A stretch of 64,000 nucleotides of DNA. Origin: Acidobacteriota bacterium. GTDB taxonomy: Bacteria; Acidobacteriota; JAAYUB01. The position numbers and the translations under genes are program-made. Shown here piece after piece: positions 41,530 to 49,920 of this stretch (its first letter is position 1; every line of letters starts with the position of its first letter). The stretch lies in contig JAXGLX010000002.1 of NCBI GenBank assembly GCA_040768985.1, positions 4,298,602 through 4,362,601 on the forward strand. The letters run 5' to 3'. A model generated the notes under the pieces. That model saw only the letters and a program-made list of their open reading frames with translations. It was not told where the DNA came from and did not search any database.

Positions 41530-42229
41530 GCTGACCGAAGTGAGCGTGGATCGCGGCGGCCGCGTCCTCCTGCGGGACTTGAGCCTGCGGGTGGCGCCCG
41601 GCGAGTTCATTCTCCTGCGGGGCCCCAACGGCGCCGGCAAGACCACGTTGTTCGAGACGATCACCGGTTTCGCGGCGCCCGCCGGCGGCCAGGTCCGCAT
41701 CGCCGGGCAGCGCATGGACTGGTCGAACCGGCCGGTGCTGCGGCGCCGGATCGGCTATCTGCCCCAACAGGCCTGGTTCGACACCCGCCTGCCGATCCGG
41801 GCGGGCGAGTTCGCCGCGCTGGCCCAGTTCGGGGGCTGGGGAACGTGGCGCGGCAGCCGCCGGGCGCGCGCCGCCCGCCTGGCGGAAACCGCCGCCTACA
41901 TCGGCATCACCGAGTTGTTGGACCGCCCCCTGACGGCGCTTTCGGGCGGCGAACTGCAGAAGGTGGCCATCGCCCGGATCCTGCTCCAGGAACCGCAGCT
42001 GATCCTCATGGACGAACCGATGAACCATCTGGACCGCGCCGCCCGGGAGCAGCTCGCCCGGCTGCTGGCGCGGGTGAACCGGGAGCAGGGGCTGGCGGTG
42101 GTGCTGGTCAGCCACCAGGCGGACGAACCGCCCGCAGCGGCCACGCGTCTGTTGCAGCTGGAGGGCGGACGCGTGACGGATGATCGACCGTTGGCGGCCG
42201 CCGGCGCGCCGCCGGGAGACTCGCCATGA
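41507..42229 (+). CDS. Metal ABC transporter ATP-binding protein
   Basis: GPNGAGKTT, GYLPQ, LSGGE, DEP. Confidence 0.9.
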   Translation: MSNPLLVELTEVSVDRGGRVLLRDLSLRVAPGEFILLRGPNGAGKTTLFETITGFAAPAGGQVRIAGQRMDWSNRPVLRRRIGYLPQQAWFDTRLPIRAGEFAALAQFGGWGTWRGSRRARAARLAETAAYIGITELLDRPLTALSGGELQKVAIARILLQEPQLILMDEPMNHLDRAAREQLARLLARVNREQGLAVVLVSHQADEPPAAATRLLQLEGGRVTDDRPLAAAGAPPGDSP

Positions 42230-43047
42230 ACCTGACTGACTGGCTGCATCTCCCGCTGATGCAACGCGCCTTGTGGGCAGCCTTGGCCGGCGGAGCCGGT
42301 TGCGGATTGCTTGGCGTGCTCATCGTGGGCCTGCGCATTCCGTTTATCGGCGTGGCGGCCGCTCACGGCGCCATGGCGGGGGCGGTGGCCGGCCACCTGC
42401 TGGGCGTGTCGCCCGTGGCCGGAGCCTTCGCCGGTTCCTGCCTGGCGGTCTGGCTCATCGGTCCCCTCATCGAAACGTCCCGCCAGGAGCACGAGCTGGC
42501 GGTGGGCATCGTCTTCTCCACCATGCTGGGCCTGACCTTTCTTGGAATGTCCCTGGCGGGCGGCGAGATCAACCGCCTGCTGGCCCTGCTGTGGGGCAGC
42601 ATCCTGCTTCTGCCGCCGGACCGGCTGGTGTGGATGTCGGGTGCGACGGTCCTCGTCATCGCGCTGATCGTCGGGTTCTACCCCGGCCTCCGGGCGCTGC
42701 TGGTGAGCCGGAAGCTGGCGGCCGCCTCCGGGCTCCGGGACGCGTTCCTGATGGGTCTGGTGCTGACGGTGGTGGGCTTGTCGGTGGCAGTCTACCTGGA
42801 GGCGCTGGGCGGCCTGCTGATTTTCGCGGTGCTCATCGCGCCGGCGGCCACCGCGCGGCTGTTCGCCCGCAGCCTGCCGGCGCTGTTCGTCGCCAGCGCC
42901 GCGCTGGGCGCGGGCGGCTGCCTCGCGGGCGTGCTGCTGTCGGCCTGGTGGAACGTGGGCACGGGCGCCATGGTGATCGTCGTGCTCTGTGCCGCGTTCT
43001 TCGTCGTCCTGATCTTCCGGCGTCGGGAGGCGACCCGCTATGACTGA
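42226..43047 (+). CDS. Metal ABC transporter permease (ABC-3 family)
   Basis: AHGAMAG, LLWGSILL, IAPAATA; multiple TM segments. Confidence 0.88.
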   Translation: MNLTDWLHLPLMQRALWAALAGGAGCGLLGVLIVGLRIPFIGVAAAHGAMAGAVAGHLLGVSPVAGAFAGSCLAVWLIGPLIETSRQEHELAVGIVFSTMLGLTFLGMSLAGGEINRLLALLWGSILLLPPDRLVWMSGATVLVIALIVGFYPGLRALLVSRKLAAASGLRDAFLMGLVLTVVGLSVAVYLEALGGLLIFAVLIAPAATARLFARSLPALFVASAALGAGGCLAGVLLSAWWNVGTGAMVIVVLCAAFFVVLIFRRREATRYD

Positions 43048-43654
43048 TCCGCACGCCGACAAACGGGCCTTTTTCGACCACCACGCCGCCGGCTGGGACG
43101 CCGACTACCAGGATCCCGATGAGTTGCCGCGCCTGCGGACGGTGCTGGCGGAAGCCGGGCTGCGTCCCGGGCAGCGGATCCTGGAGCCCGGCTGCGGCAC
43201 CGGGCGGATCACGCCGGTGATCATGGACCTCGTGGGGCCGGGCGGAAGGGTGGTGGGCATGGACTTCTCGCTGCCCATGCTGCGCCAGGCCCGCGGCCGG
43301 GCGGCGGCGTCCGCCGCCGGCTGGGTGCTCGCCGACGCCCACCGGCCGTGCTTCATTCCGGGCGCCTTCGACGCGGTGCTGCTCTACAATTTTTTTCCCC
43401 ACCTGAGCCGCAAGGCCGAGGCCCTGGCTGTCCTGGCCCGGCTGCTGCGGCCGGCGGGCCGGCTGGTCATCTGTCACCTGACCGGCCGCGACAAGCTCAA
43501 CGCCTTTCACGCCGGGGTGGGATCGGCGGTGGCCCACGACATGATCCCGCCGCGGAAGGTCGTGGCCCGGATGCTGGCGGACGCCCGCCTCGGCCCGGTT
43601 ATCTGGCGCGAGGCGGACGATCTGTACCTGGTTGTGGGGGCGGCGCAGGCATGA
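43040..43654 (+). CDS. Class I SAM-dependent methyltransferase
   Basis: ILEPGCGTG, DFS--ML, LRPAG. Confidence 0.85.
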   Translation: MTDPHADKRAFFDHHAAGWDADYQDPDELPRLRTVLAEAGLRPGQRILEPGCGTGRITPVIMDLVGPGGRVVGMDFSLPMLRQARGRAAASAAGWVLADAHRPCFIPGAFDAVLLYNFFPHLSRKAEALAVLARLLRPAGRLVICHLTGRDKLNAFHAGVGSAVAHDMIPPRKVVARMLADARLGPVIWREADDLYLVVGAAQA

Positions 43655-43690
43655 CGGCCGCCGCGGAAGCCCGCGGCGGCCGCCGGCGTG

Positions 43691-44593
43691 TCACTTGGAA
43701 ATTCGGCTGATGGCGGCATGCAGGCCGCCGAACTCGTTGACCAGGGTCACGAAGCGGTTGGGCACCGGCGCGATGAGCACCGTGCCCGAGCCGCGGAACA
43801 CGTTCACGAACCCCTCGCCGGAAGCCCAGGAGCTGAACAGCTTCTTGGTGGCCTTCTCGACGCGGAAGTCCAGATTGCCGGTGCGGGCCACGGCGAAGCT
43901 GCCGTCCACGGTCAGGACTTCGTTGTTGAGCTGCAGCGTCTCCACCGGCCCCGGGGCGTTGTACATCACCTTGCCGTGCCCGGACACGCTGGTCTGGAAG
44001 AAGCCCTCGCCGCCGAAAAGGCCGGAGATCGCCTTGTTGGTATACATGTCGACGGTGATGGAGCGGTCGCAGGCCAGGAAGGCGCCGCGGTCCAGGATCC
44101 AGGTCTCGCCCCGCAGCTCCAAAACGTTCACCTCGCCGAAGGTGGGTTCGAGGAAAATTGTGCCGGAGCCCCGGTAGATGGGCTTGACCGCCCGTTCGCC
44201 GGTGAGCTTCGACTTGATGAAGCCGCCGGCCGAGGGCGTCTGGACCTCGATCTCGATGTTGCCGATCATGTAATGGAGCGCCCCCGCCTCCAATACCACC
44301 TCGGCCTGCTGGAGGGTGATCTTGGGCATCTTGTAGTACTCGGTTTTCAGCACCTCGAATTGAGTGGCTCCCTGATAAGCAGCGGCCGGCGCGGCCGGCA
44401 CCGGCGCGGGCGCCGGCGCCGCCGGGAACAGATCCGGCAGCACCGCCCGCAGGGGCTGCCAGTTGGGCATCCCGTCGCCCCAGCATAACGTCTCGCCGTT
44501 GACCCGGCCGGCCTGGGCCATGGCCCCGACGTCCTGCGCCGACAGCGGACCCACCTGCTGATTGTTTTCCAGAATGAACAGTGTCTGGCTCAT
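43691..44593 (-). CDS. GYF_2 (DUF4339) + AIM24 family protein
   Basis: QQVGP...TLCWGDGMPNW; Ala/Pro linker; AIM24 repeats GGEGFF and SGEGFV..FRGSGTV. Confidence 0.8.
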   Translation of the reverse strand: MSQTLFILENNQQVGPLSAQDVGAMAQAGRVNGETLCWGDGMPNWQPLRAVLPDLFPAAPAPAPVPAAPAAAYQGATQFEVLKTEYYKMPKITLQQAEVVLEAGALHYMIGNIEIEVQTPSAGGFIKSKLTGERAVKPIYRGSGTIFLEPTFGEVNVLELRGETWILDRGAFLACDRSITVDMYTNKAISGLFGGEGFFQTSVSGHGKVMYNAPGPVETLQLNNEVLTVDGSFAVARTGNLDFRVEKATKKLFSSWASGEGFVNVFRGSGTVLIAPVPNRFVTLVNEFGGLHAAISRISK

Positions 44594-44614
44594 GCTTTTC
44601 CTCCTCCATGCGTT

Positions 44615-44645
44615 AAAAAAAACACCGGACGCGGAGGTCCGGTGT
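44615..44645 (-). terminator. Intrinsic terminator closing the DUF4388/Roadblock/HAMP operon
   Basis: acaccggac-ctccgc-gtccggtgt followed by a T8 tract on the minus strand. Confidence 0.8.
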
Positions 44646-44674
44646 GTGGTTGGCCGGTGTTCCGCGAACGGGGG

Positions 44675-45895
44675 TCAGCGTTTGCGCAGACGCTCGATGG
44701 CGGACTTCAAGCTGATGCGCATGCGGTCCAGCGAGTCGGCCAGGCGGCCGATCTCGTCGCCGCCGGTCTTGACCTGGATCGGAACGTCCAGGTCGCCCAG
44801 TGAAATCTTGTTGGCGGCTTCGGTGATCATCTCGATGGGCCTGGTCATGCGGGTGGCGAAAATGTACGTGAGCAGCACCGAGAACAGGATGGCCGCGCCG
44901 ATGACGATGATGATGAAGTTCCGAATGTAGTTCTGGAACTGGCGGAACCAGGTTTCGCGGACGCTCACCGAATAGATGCCGATGATCTGGTTCGAAATGT
45001 CCTTGATGGGGACGTAGGCGCTGACGTAGCTGATCTCGCCGATGGTTTCGGTCCCGATGAACTCCCGGCCCTGGTTGAGGACGTAGTTGAAGATCTCCTG
45101 CGTGATCGTCTCGCCCACCCCGCGGCCGGAGGCGCCGCTGCGCGAGGAGGCGACCGCCGTCTCGCCGAGGTACAGGGTGGCCGATCCCGCTTCGATGTTT
45201 TCCTTGTACACCATCTGCTTGAGCTGGTCGACGAGCGTGTTGTCGTTGTTCAGGACGTCGCCGGCGATCAGCGCCCCGCGGATTTCATCGCCGATGATCA
45301 GGGGCACCACGACTTCCATCCCCAGCGCGGCCTCGATCTGCTTCTTCTGGGTGCCCACCGCCAGGGCGTCTTCCATCTTCTCCTGCGACATGTAGTCGAT
45401 GGGCAGCTTGACCGAGCCGTATACCACCTTGCGGTTGCTCAGCGCCTCGCGCAGCATCGGATCCATGGCGGCCAGGTCGTCGTTGCGCTGGCCCGGATTG
45501 TTGACGCGGTACAGCACACGTCCCCGTCCGTCGGTCAGGATCAGGTAATCGATCCGGAGCTGCTGCTTGGTGAACTCCAGCACGTTGATCGCCTTCCGGC
45601 GTTCCAGGTCCGCTTGCCCGGCTGCGGCCGGAGAGGCCGGATTCTGGCTGATCGCGGCGATGAAATCGTATTGCAGCGCGTTGATGGCCAGCAGTTTGGT
45701 GTTTTCCTTGATCTCGTTCATCCGCTGCGCGTACTGGGTGGTGGCGATGTCCGAGTTGGCGCGGATCTTGGCCAGTGACTCGTCCAGCGTCTTCTGGGTG
45801 ACGATCACCACGATGACCGCGGCGGAGATGATCAGCGGGATCACGATGGCAAAGAGGGATAAACCCAGCAGTTTAGTTCGGATTGTGAGTTTCAA
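44675..45895 (-). CDS. Membrane sensor: TM - Cache-like periplasmic domain - TM - HAMP, no output domain
   Basis: YVSAYVPIKDISNQIIG (Cache-like); MTRPIEMITEAANKISLGDL...DEIGRLADSLDRM (HAMP); ends about 13 aa later. Confidence 0.82.
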   Translation of the reverse strand: MKLTIRTKLLGLSLFAIVIPLIISAAVIVVIVTQKTLDESLAKIRANSDIATTQYAQRMNEIKENTKLLAINALQYDFIAAISQNPASPAAAGQADLERRKAINVLEFTKQQLRIDYLILTDGRGRVLYRVNNPGQRNDDLAAMDPMLREALSNRKVVYGSVKLPIDYMSQEKMEDALAVGTQKKQIEAALGMEVVVPLIIGDEIRGALIAGDVLNNDNTLVDQLKQMVYKENIEAGSATLYLGETAVASSRSGASGRGVGETITQEIFNYVLNQGREFIGTETIGEISYVSAYVPIKDISNQIIGIYSVSVRETWFRQFQNYIRNFIIIVIGAAILFSVLLTYIFATRMTRPIEMITEAANKISLGDLDVPIQVKTGGDEIGRLADSLDRMRISLKSAIERLRKR

Positions 45896-45921
45896 TTTTC
45901 ACACCTCGCCTGGGGAATCGA

Positions 45922-46716
45922 TCAGACGTTCCTGATGATCTCCAGCATGTTGCGCTGGAAATCGATCATCTTTTTCGGGTCGTTGATTTCGCCGCTGAGC
46001 AGCTCGATGAGCTCGGGCAGCTTGTCTTTGGGGAAGGCTTCGCGGGATTCGCCGAGGTTGCCGATGTGGTCGTCCATCACGATGGGGGCCAGGGGGCCGA
46101 TGACCTTGGCCATCTCCCGCTCGATGAGCTGGAAGATGCCGGGATCGATCCCCACCTTGCGCTCCTCGCGGGTCACCGCCTCGCCCATCATCTCGATCAA
46201 CCCGGCGTTGAAGAGCTTGCAGAACGCCTTGCTGACGTCGAGGATGGGGAGCTCCACCTTGCCGGCGATCTCGCTCACGCTGTCAATGCCGTTAATGTGG
46301 CGAAGAATGTTCCATTCGGTGGCGTTGAGCGAGATCTCGCTGGGCGTTCCGTAGCTCATCTTGAAAACCAGGTTGGTGTTGGGGATTACCTTGCGGATAT
46401 CCTGCCAGTCGGCATCGATCTGCTCGCCGCGGCGGATGATCTCCTGGGCCCCGGTCAGAATGGTTTTGTTCTTGACGGAGATGTTGGGCAGGAAGGTGAA
46501 GATGCCGTCGGTCCACGACAGCAGCGCGTACACCGCGTTCTCGCCCAAGACCGTGTTGTATTTGGCGTGGATGACTTCGCCGGAGAGGAAATACACGTCG
46601 CCCGTATCCTCGCCGCGTTGCAGCGACAGCTTGCCGGTCCTCTGGCTGTTGCAGAGGATCTTCATGATCTCCACCAACTTCAGCTGGCTCAGGTTCCCTT
46701 TTAGGGTTTCGCTCAT
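45922..46716 (-). CDS. DUF4388 (PATAN-like) protein with wHTH-like middle and helical C-terminal domain
   Basis: LKGNLSQLKLVEIM...TGKL...GDVYFLSGEVIHA...W.DG.F; INGIDSVSEIA; VIGPLAPIV. Confidence 0.8.
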   Translation of the reverse strand: MSETLKGNLSQLKLVEIMKILCNSQRTGKLSLQRGEDTGDVYFLSGEVIHAKYNTVLGENAVYALLSWTDGIFTFLPNISVKNKTILTGAQEIIRRGEQIDADWQDIRKVIPNTNLVFKMSYGTPSEISLNATEWNILRHINGIDSVSEIAGKVELPILDVSKAFCKLFNAGLIEMMGEAVTREERKVGIDPGIFQLIEREMAKVIGPLAPIVMDDHIGNLGESREAFPKDKLPELIELLSGEINDPKKMIDFQRNMLEIIRNV

Positions 46717-46739
46717 AGTTCACAACCCTTCCGGAAGAA

Positions 46740-47234
46740 TTAACCGACGATCTGGCGGATCCTTTCCGCCTGGGCATACTCCTTCTCGCTGAGTTTTTCC
46801 CGCGAGAGCACCGTGGACTTGCGGATCCGCACCGGCGGGGCCAGTTTTTTGTAGTGCTTGTCGGAGACCACTTTCGACAGCGCGACGTTGAGGGTCATCC
46901 GCAGGTGGGCTTTGTTGAGGTTCTTGTCGCCCAGCAGAACCAGAATGGTCTCCTGCACGCCGAGCTTGGTGGGGACCAGCAGCCGCACGTTGTTGTAAAC
47001 GATCAGCTTGCCTTCGATGAAGTTCACCTCGGCTTCGACGATCTCGTCGCCGGGCAGTTCGAACGCGCCCAGGCATTGGATCAGCTCCAATGCCCCGGTG
47101 GCGGTGAGGTTGGCGCGGCCCAGCCGTTCGGTCTGGGGAAACAGGAGTTCCCCCCGGTTGTTAGCCAGGTAGGCGGAGCGGACGCCCATGACGGAGCTGA
47201 TTTCATCCACGAATTTGCCGAGTAAATCTTCCAT
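46740..47234 (-). CDS. Roadblock/LC7-like protein
   Basis: ISSVMGVRSAYLANNRGELL ... NLNKAHLRMTLNV. Confidence 0.6.
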   Translation of the reverse strand: MEDLLGKFVDEISSVMGVRSAYLANNRGELLFPQTERLGRANLTATGALELIQCLGAFELPGDEIVEAEVNFIEGKLIVYNNVRLLVPTKLGVQETILVLLGDKNLNKAHLRMTLNVALSKVVSDKHYKKLAPPVRIRKSTVLSREKLSEKEYAQAERIRQIVG

Positions 47235-47243
47235 GGCTGTCCA

Positions 47244-48251
47244 TTATTTGAGAATTTCGTAATACTTTTCCAAATCCAGGCTGGACGCGGCGTAGGCGTG
47301 ATCCGCGGCCAGCAGGGTCCGGGTCCGCTCGCGGAACGGTTCCAGGGGGAAAGCGACCCGGGCCTCGATCATTTTTTCCAGGACGCGCCGGATGAGCCGG
47401 AAGGTGGCTTCCACGATGGTTCGGGGCTTGTCCTCCGTGCGCAGTTCCAGCCGGCCGTCCCGGTAGGTGTATTCCGCGGCGAATGGGTCGAGGAAGGGGA
47501 ATTTGTCCGCCAGCTCCAGGCAGGATTCCTGGAAGAGATGGTTGAATTCGAGGCCGCGCTTGTTGTCCGCCGGGAAATCCTTTCGGAACTCGTTCAGAAG
47601 CGCTTCCATGACGGCCTGGATTTCATCCCGGGAAATCTCCACTTCCGACGGGGTGGGTTCTGCCTCCTGGGCGGTGGAGCGATAGACGTTGAATGTCGCG
47701 CCCAGGTCGCGGGATCCCTCGATGATCTCCTTGATGGCCGTCTCGCCGGCGATGAGGTCTTTCCCCAGCAGGGAAATCAGCGCGTCCACCGGCTGGCCTT
47801 CCTGAACGAACAGGAGGCCGTACCCGATGTTCTTCTGGAAAACCACTTCCACAAAGTGATCGTTGGGATCGTTCTCCAGGCGGCTCAGCAGCTTTTTGGG
47901 ATCGGTGAACTCGCTGGAGATGTTTTCATGGATCTTCTCGCTGCCCAGATAGCGGGAGATGAAAAAGACGGCTTCCGGGGGAAGCTGGTAGGTGGAAATG
48001 AGCAGGTTTTCCTTGCGGCCGATCTGGAGAATGGCGCCGAGATGCTGGCGACCCAGCAGGTTGACATCCCCGCGGATCCGGACGTTGGCCACCGCGCCGC
48101 CTTCCAGCAGGATCTCGCCCTCGTGCTTGACCCCCACCATTTCGATGAAGCCGGAGAAGGAGTTGCCCTTGAGTTCCTCGAGCAGCTTGCCCAAGTCCAC
48201 GAAATAGGAGCTGAGTTCCTTGTGAACCGGCTTCCCCTTCGGAATGATCAT
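47244..48251 (-). CDS. Protein with an internally duplicated DUF4388/DUF2226-like domain
   Basis: Repeats VHKELSSYFVDLGKLLEEL...GEILLEGG and IHENISSEFTDPKKLLSRL...GLLFVQEG; TAATG coupling to the upstream gene. Confidence 0.65.
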   Translation of the reverse strand: MIIPKGKPVHKELSSYFVDLGKLLEELKGNSFSGFIEMVGVKHEGEILLEGGAVANVRIRGDVNLLGRQHLGAILQIGRKENLLISTYQLPPEAVFFISRYLGSEKIHENISSEFTDPKKLLSRLENDPNDHFVEVVFQKNIGYGLLFVQEGQPVDALISLLGKDLIAGETAIKEIIEGSRDLGATFNVYRSTAQEAEPTPSEVEISRDEIQAVMEALLNEFRKDFPADNKRGLEFNHLFQESCLELADKFPFLDPFAAEYTYRDGRLELRTEDKPRTIVEATFRLIRRVLEKMIEARVAFPLEPFRERTRTLLAADHAYAASSLDLEKYYEILK

Positions 48252-48916
48252 TATTGCCGCTCGTTGATATAGGTTTGGAGTTCCTTCATCACCTGGGGCT
48301 CGGCAAGTTTCAGGTTGGCTTGCGGGTTGAAGAAAATCCCGATGAGGTGGGGATCGCGGTCCACGATCATCAGGGTCTTGTCGCTGAAGTTGACCGTGAT
48401 GCTGTCGAAGTAGCTGATACCGGAACTCTTGCCGATGCTCTGCAGCTTGGCGGCGCAAAAAGACAGGATCTGGGCGTAAAGCTCCACTTCCTCGAAGCTG
48501 CTGTTGGACAGAGGGGTTCCATCCTTGAGCAGGGTGATCGCGGCGAGGACCCCGTCGACCTGCATCAGGTTTTTGATGAGCTTGATGTGCACCTGGTCCT
48601 GGCCGGCCTGGCTCTCGTCGAAGATCCGCATGCCCTCGAGAATCAGCTCGGACCACTTGATCTCGTTGGTCTTGATGTTTGTGCGGATGCCGTCCTCGAT
48701 CTTGAACTCGCCTTCCGTGAGGTGGATCGCCTTGTACACGGCGTCAGGGCCCACCAGATTGTCGAACTGGGCGTGGGGGATGTCACCGTTTTCGAAATAG
48801 ATCACGCCGATCTTCCCCCGGTAGTTGAAGGTCAACTTGGCGGTTTTCTTCTCCAGGCAGTTCAACTGAATCAGGTTGACCAGATTGACTTCCTTGAGAT
48901 TACCAATCAGTGCCAT
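48251..48916 (-). CDS. DUF4388 + Roadblock/LC7 fusion protein
   Basis: MALIGNLKEVNLVNLIQ...GVIYFENGDIPHA...EGEF...LILEGMRIFDE, then LMQVDGVLAAITLLKDG. Confidence 0.8.
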   Translation of the reverse strand: MALIGNLKEVNLVNLIQLNCLEKKTAKLTFNYRGKIGVIYFENGDIPHAQFDNLVGPDAVYKAIHLTEGEFKIEDGIRTNIKTNEIKWSELILEGMRIFDESQAGQDQVHIKLIKNLMQVDGVLAAITLLKDGTPLSNSSFEEVELYAQILSFCAAKLQSIGKSSGISYFDSITVNFSDKTLMIVDRDPHLIGIFFNPQANLKLAEPQVMKELQTYINERQ

Positions 48917-48970
48917 TTGGTTTTTCCAGTTTTTAGAATAAGTTGCCCGGCCGATGACGGCATAAGTAAA

Positions 48971-48998
48971 AGTATCACGGCCCGACAATTCATGTCAA
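48971..48998 (-). promoter_or_regulatory. Putative sigma70 promoter of the five-gene operon
   Basis: TTGACA-16 bp-GATACT on the minus strand. Confidence 0.55.
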
Positions 48999-49036
48999 GG
49001 ACCATTACGGCCCGAAACGCACGGAACACATTGAAT

Positions 49037-49819
49037 TCAGCGGTTTTTCCATGTCGGCGGCCGCCGGTCCACCCAGGCGGCGATGCCTTCGGTGAAGTCC
49101 TCCAAATCGGTCAGGATATTCAGGTAGTCGGTGAAGGACTCGTCGATGAATCGCTGGAAAACCTCATGCTTGGCCCGGCGCAGGTTGCGCAGCATCAGCC
49201 CGATCACCGGCGTGCTGAGCGTGGACAGGTGCGCCAGGGTTTTCTTAAGCTCGGCCACGAGCTCTTCGCGCGGATGCACCCGGGACACCAGCCCCAGCTC
49301 GAGGGCCTGGGCGGCCGTCATTTCGCGACCGGTCAGGAAGGTCTGGAGCGACGCGGTGAACCCGGCCTGGTGCCCCAGCATGATGGTGCCCACCGCCGGA
49401 AAAGTGCCGATGGCCAGGTGGTCGTACTGGAAGGTGGCCGCGGAGCTGGCCAGCACAAGGTCGAAGAAGGGGAGCAGGTCGCAGCCCCAGTTGCGGACCT
49501 TGCCGTCCACCAGGGCAACGGTGAGGTAATCCACGCTGAGCAGGAACTCGCAGATGTTGCGGAAGCGCTCCAGGGCGGAGAACACCATCTCGCGGGTGTG
49601 TTCCGAGTAGTCCAGGCCGCCGATGAAACTGGGGCCGGAGGCGGACACGAGCAGAGCGGCCGTATCGGTCTGGCCGACGGCTGACTCCATCAGCTCGCTC
49701 CACTCGCCCAGCAGTTGCAGTGACAGGAGATTGTCCGGCGGATTGTTCAGGGTGACGTGGGCCAGGCGGCCTTTGAGCTCGAAACGGATCTTCTCGAACT
49801 GGGCCGAATCGTCTTGCAT
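49037..49819 (-). CDS. Enoyl-CoA hydratase/isomerase (crotonase) family protein
   Basis: VTLNNPP.N, LTGREMTAAQALELGLV, EDFTEGIAAW..RRPP. Confidence 0.85.
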   Translation of the reverse strand: MQDDSAQFEKIRFELKGRLAHVTLNNPPDNLLSLQLLGEWSELMESAVGQTDTAALLVSASGPSFIGGLDYSEHTREMVFSALERFRNICEFLLSVDYLTVALVDGKVRNWGCDLLPFFDLVLASSAATFQYDHLAIGTFPAVGTIMLGHQAGFTASLQTFLTGREMTAAQALELGLVSRVHPREELVAELKKTLAHLSTLSTPVIGLMLRNLRRAKHEVFQRFIDESFTDYLNILTDLEDFTEGIAAWVDRRPPTWKNR

Positions 49820-49920
49820 GGTCGCCTCCTCGCCAAGCGGAATGCCGCTACCGCCCTTCGCGGAAATGCGATATAATCGGCGGCTGAATTTTACCTCGTG
49901 GTGTCAGATATACCACCAAG

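Noticed and set aside
47244-48656. 470-aa version of the ORF, suggesting a frameshifted fusion
   Set aside because: The N-terminal extension overlaps the DUF4388-Roadblock gene in another frame; TAATG coupling at 48251 explains two separate genes
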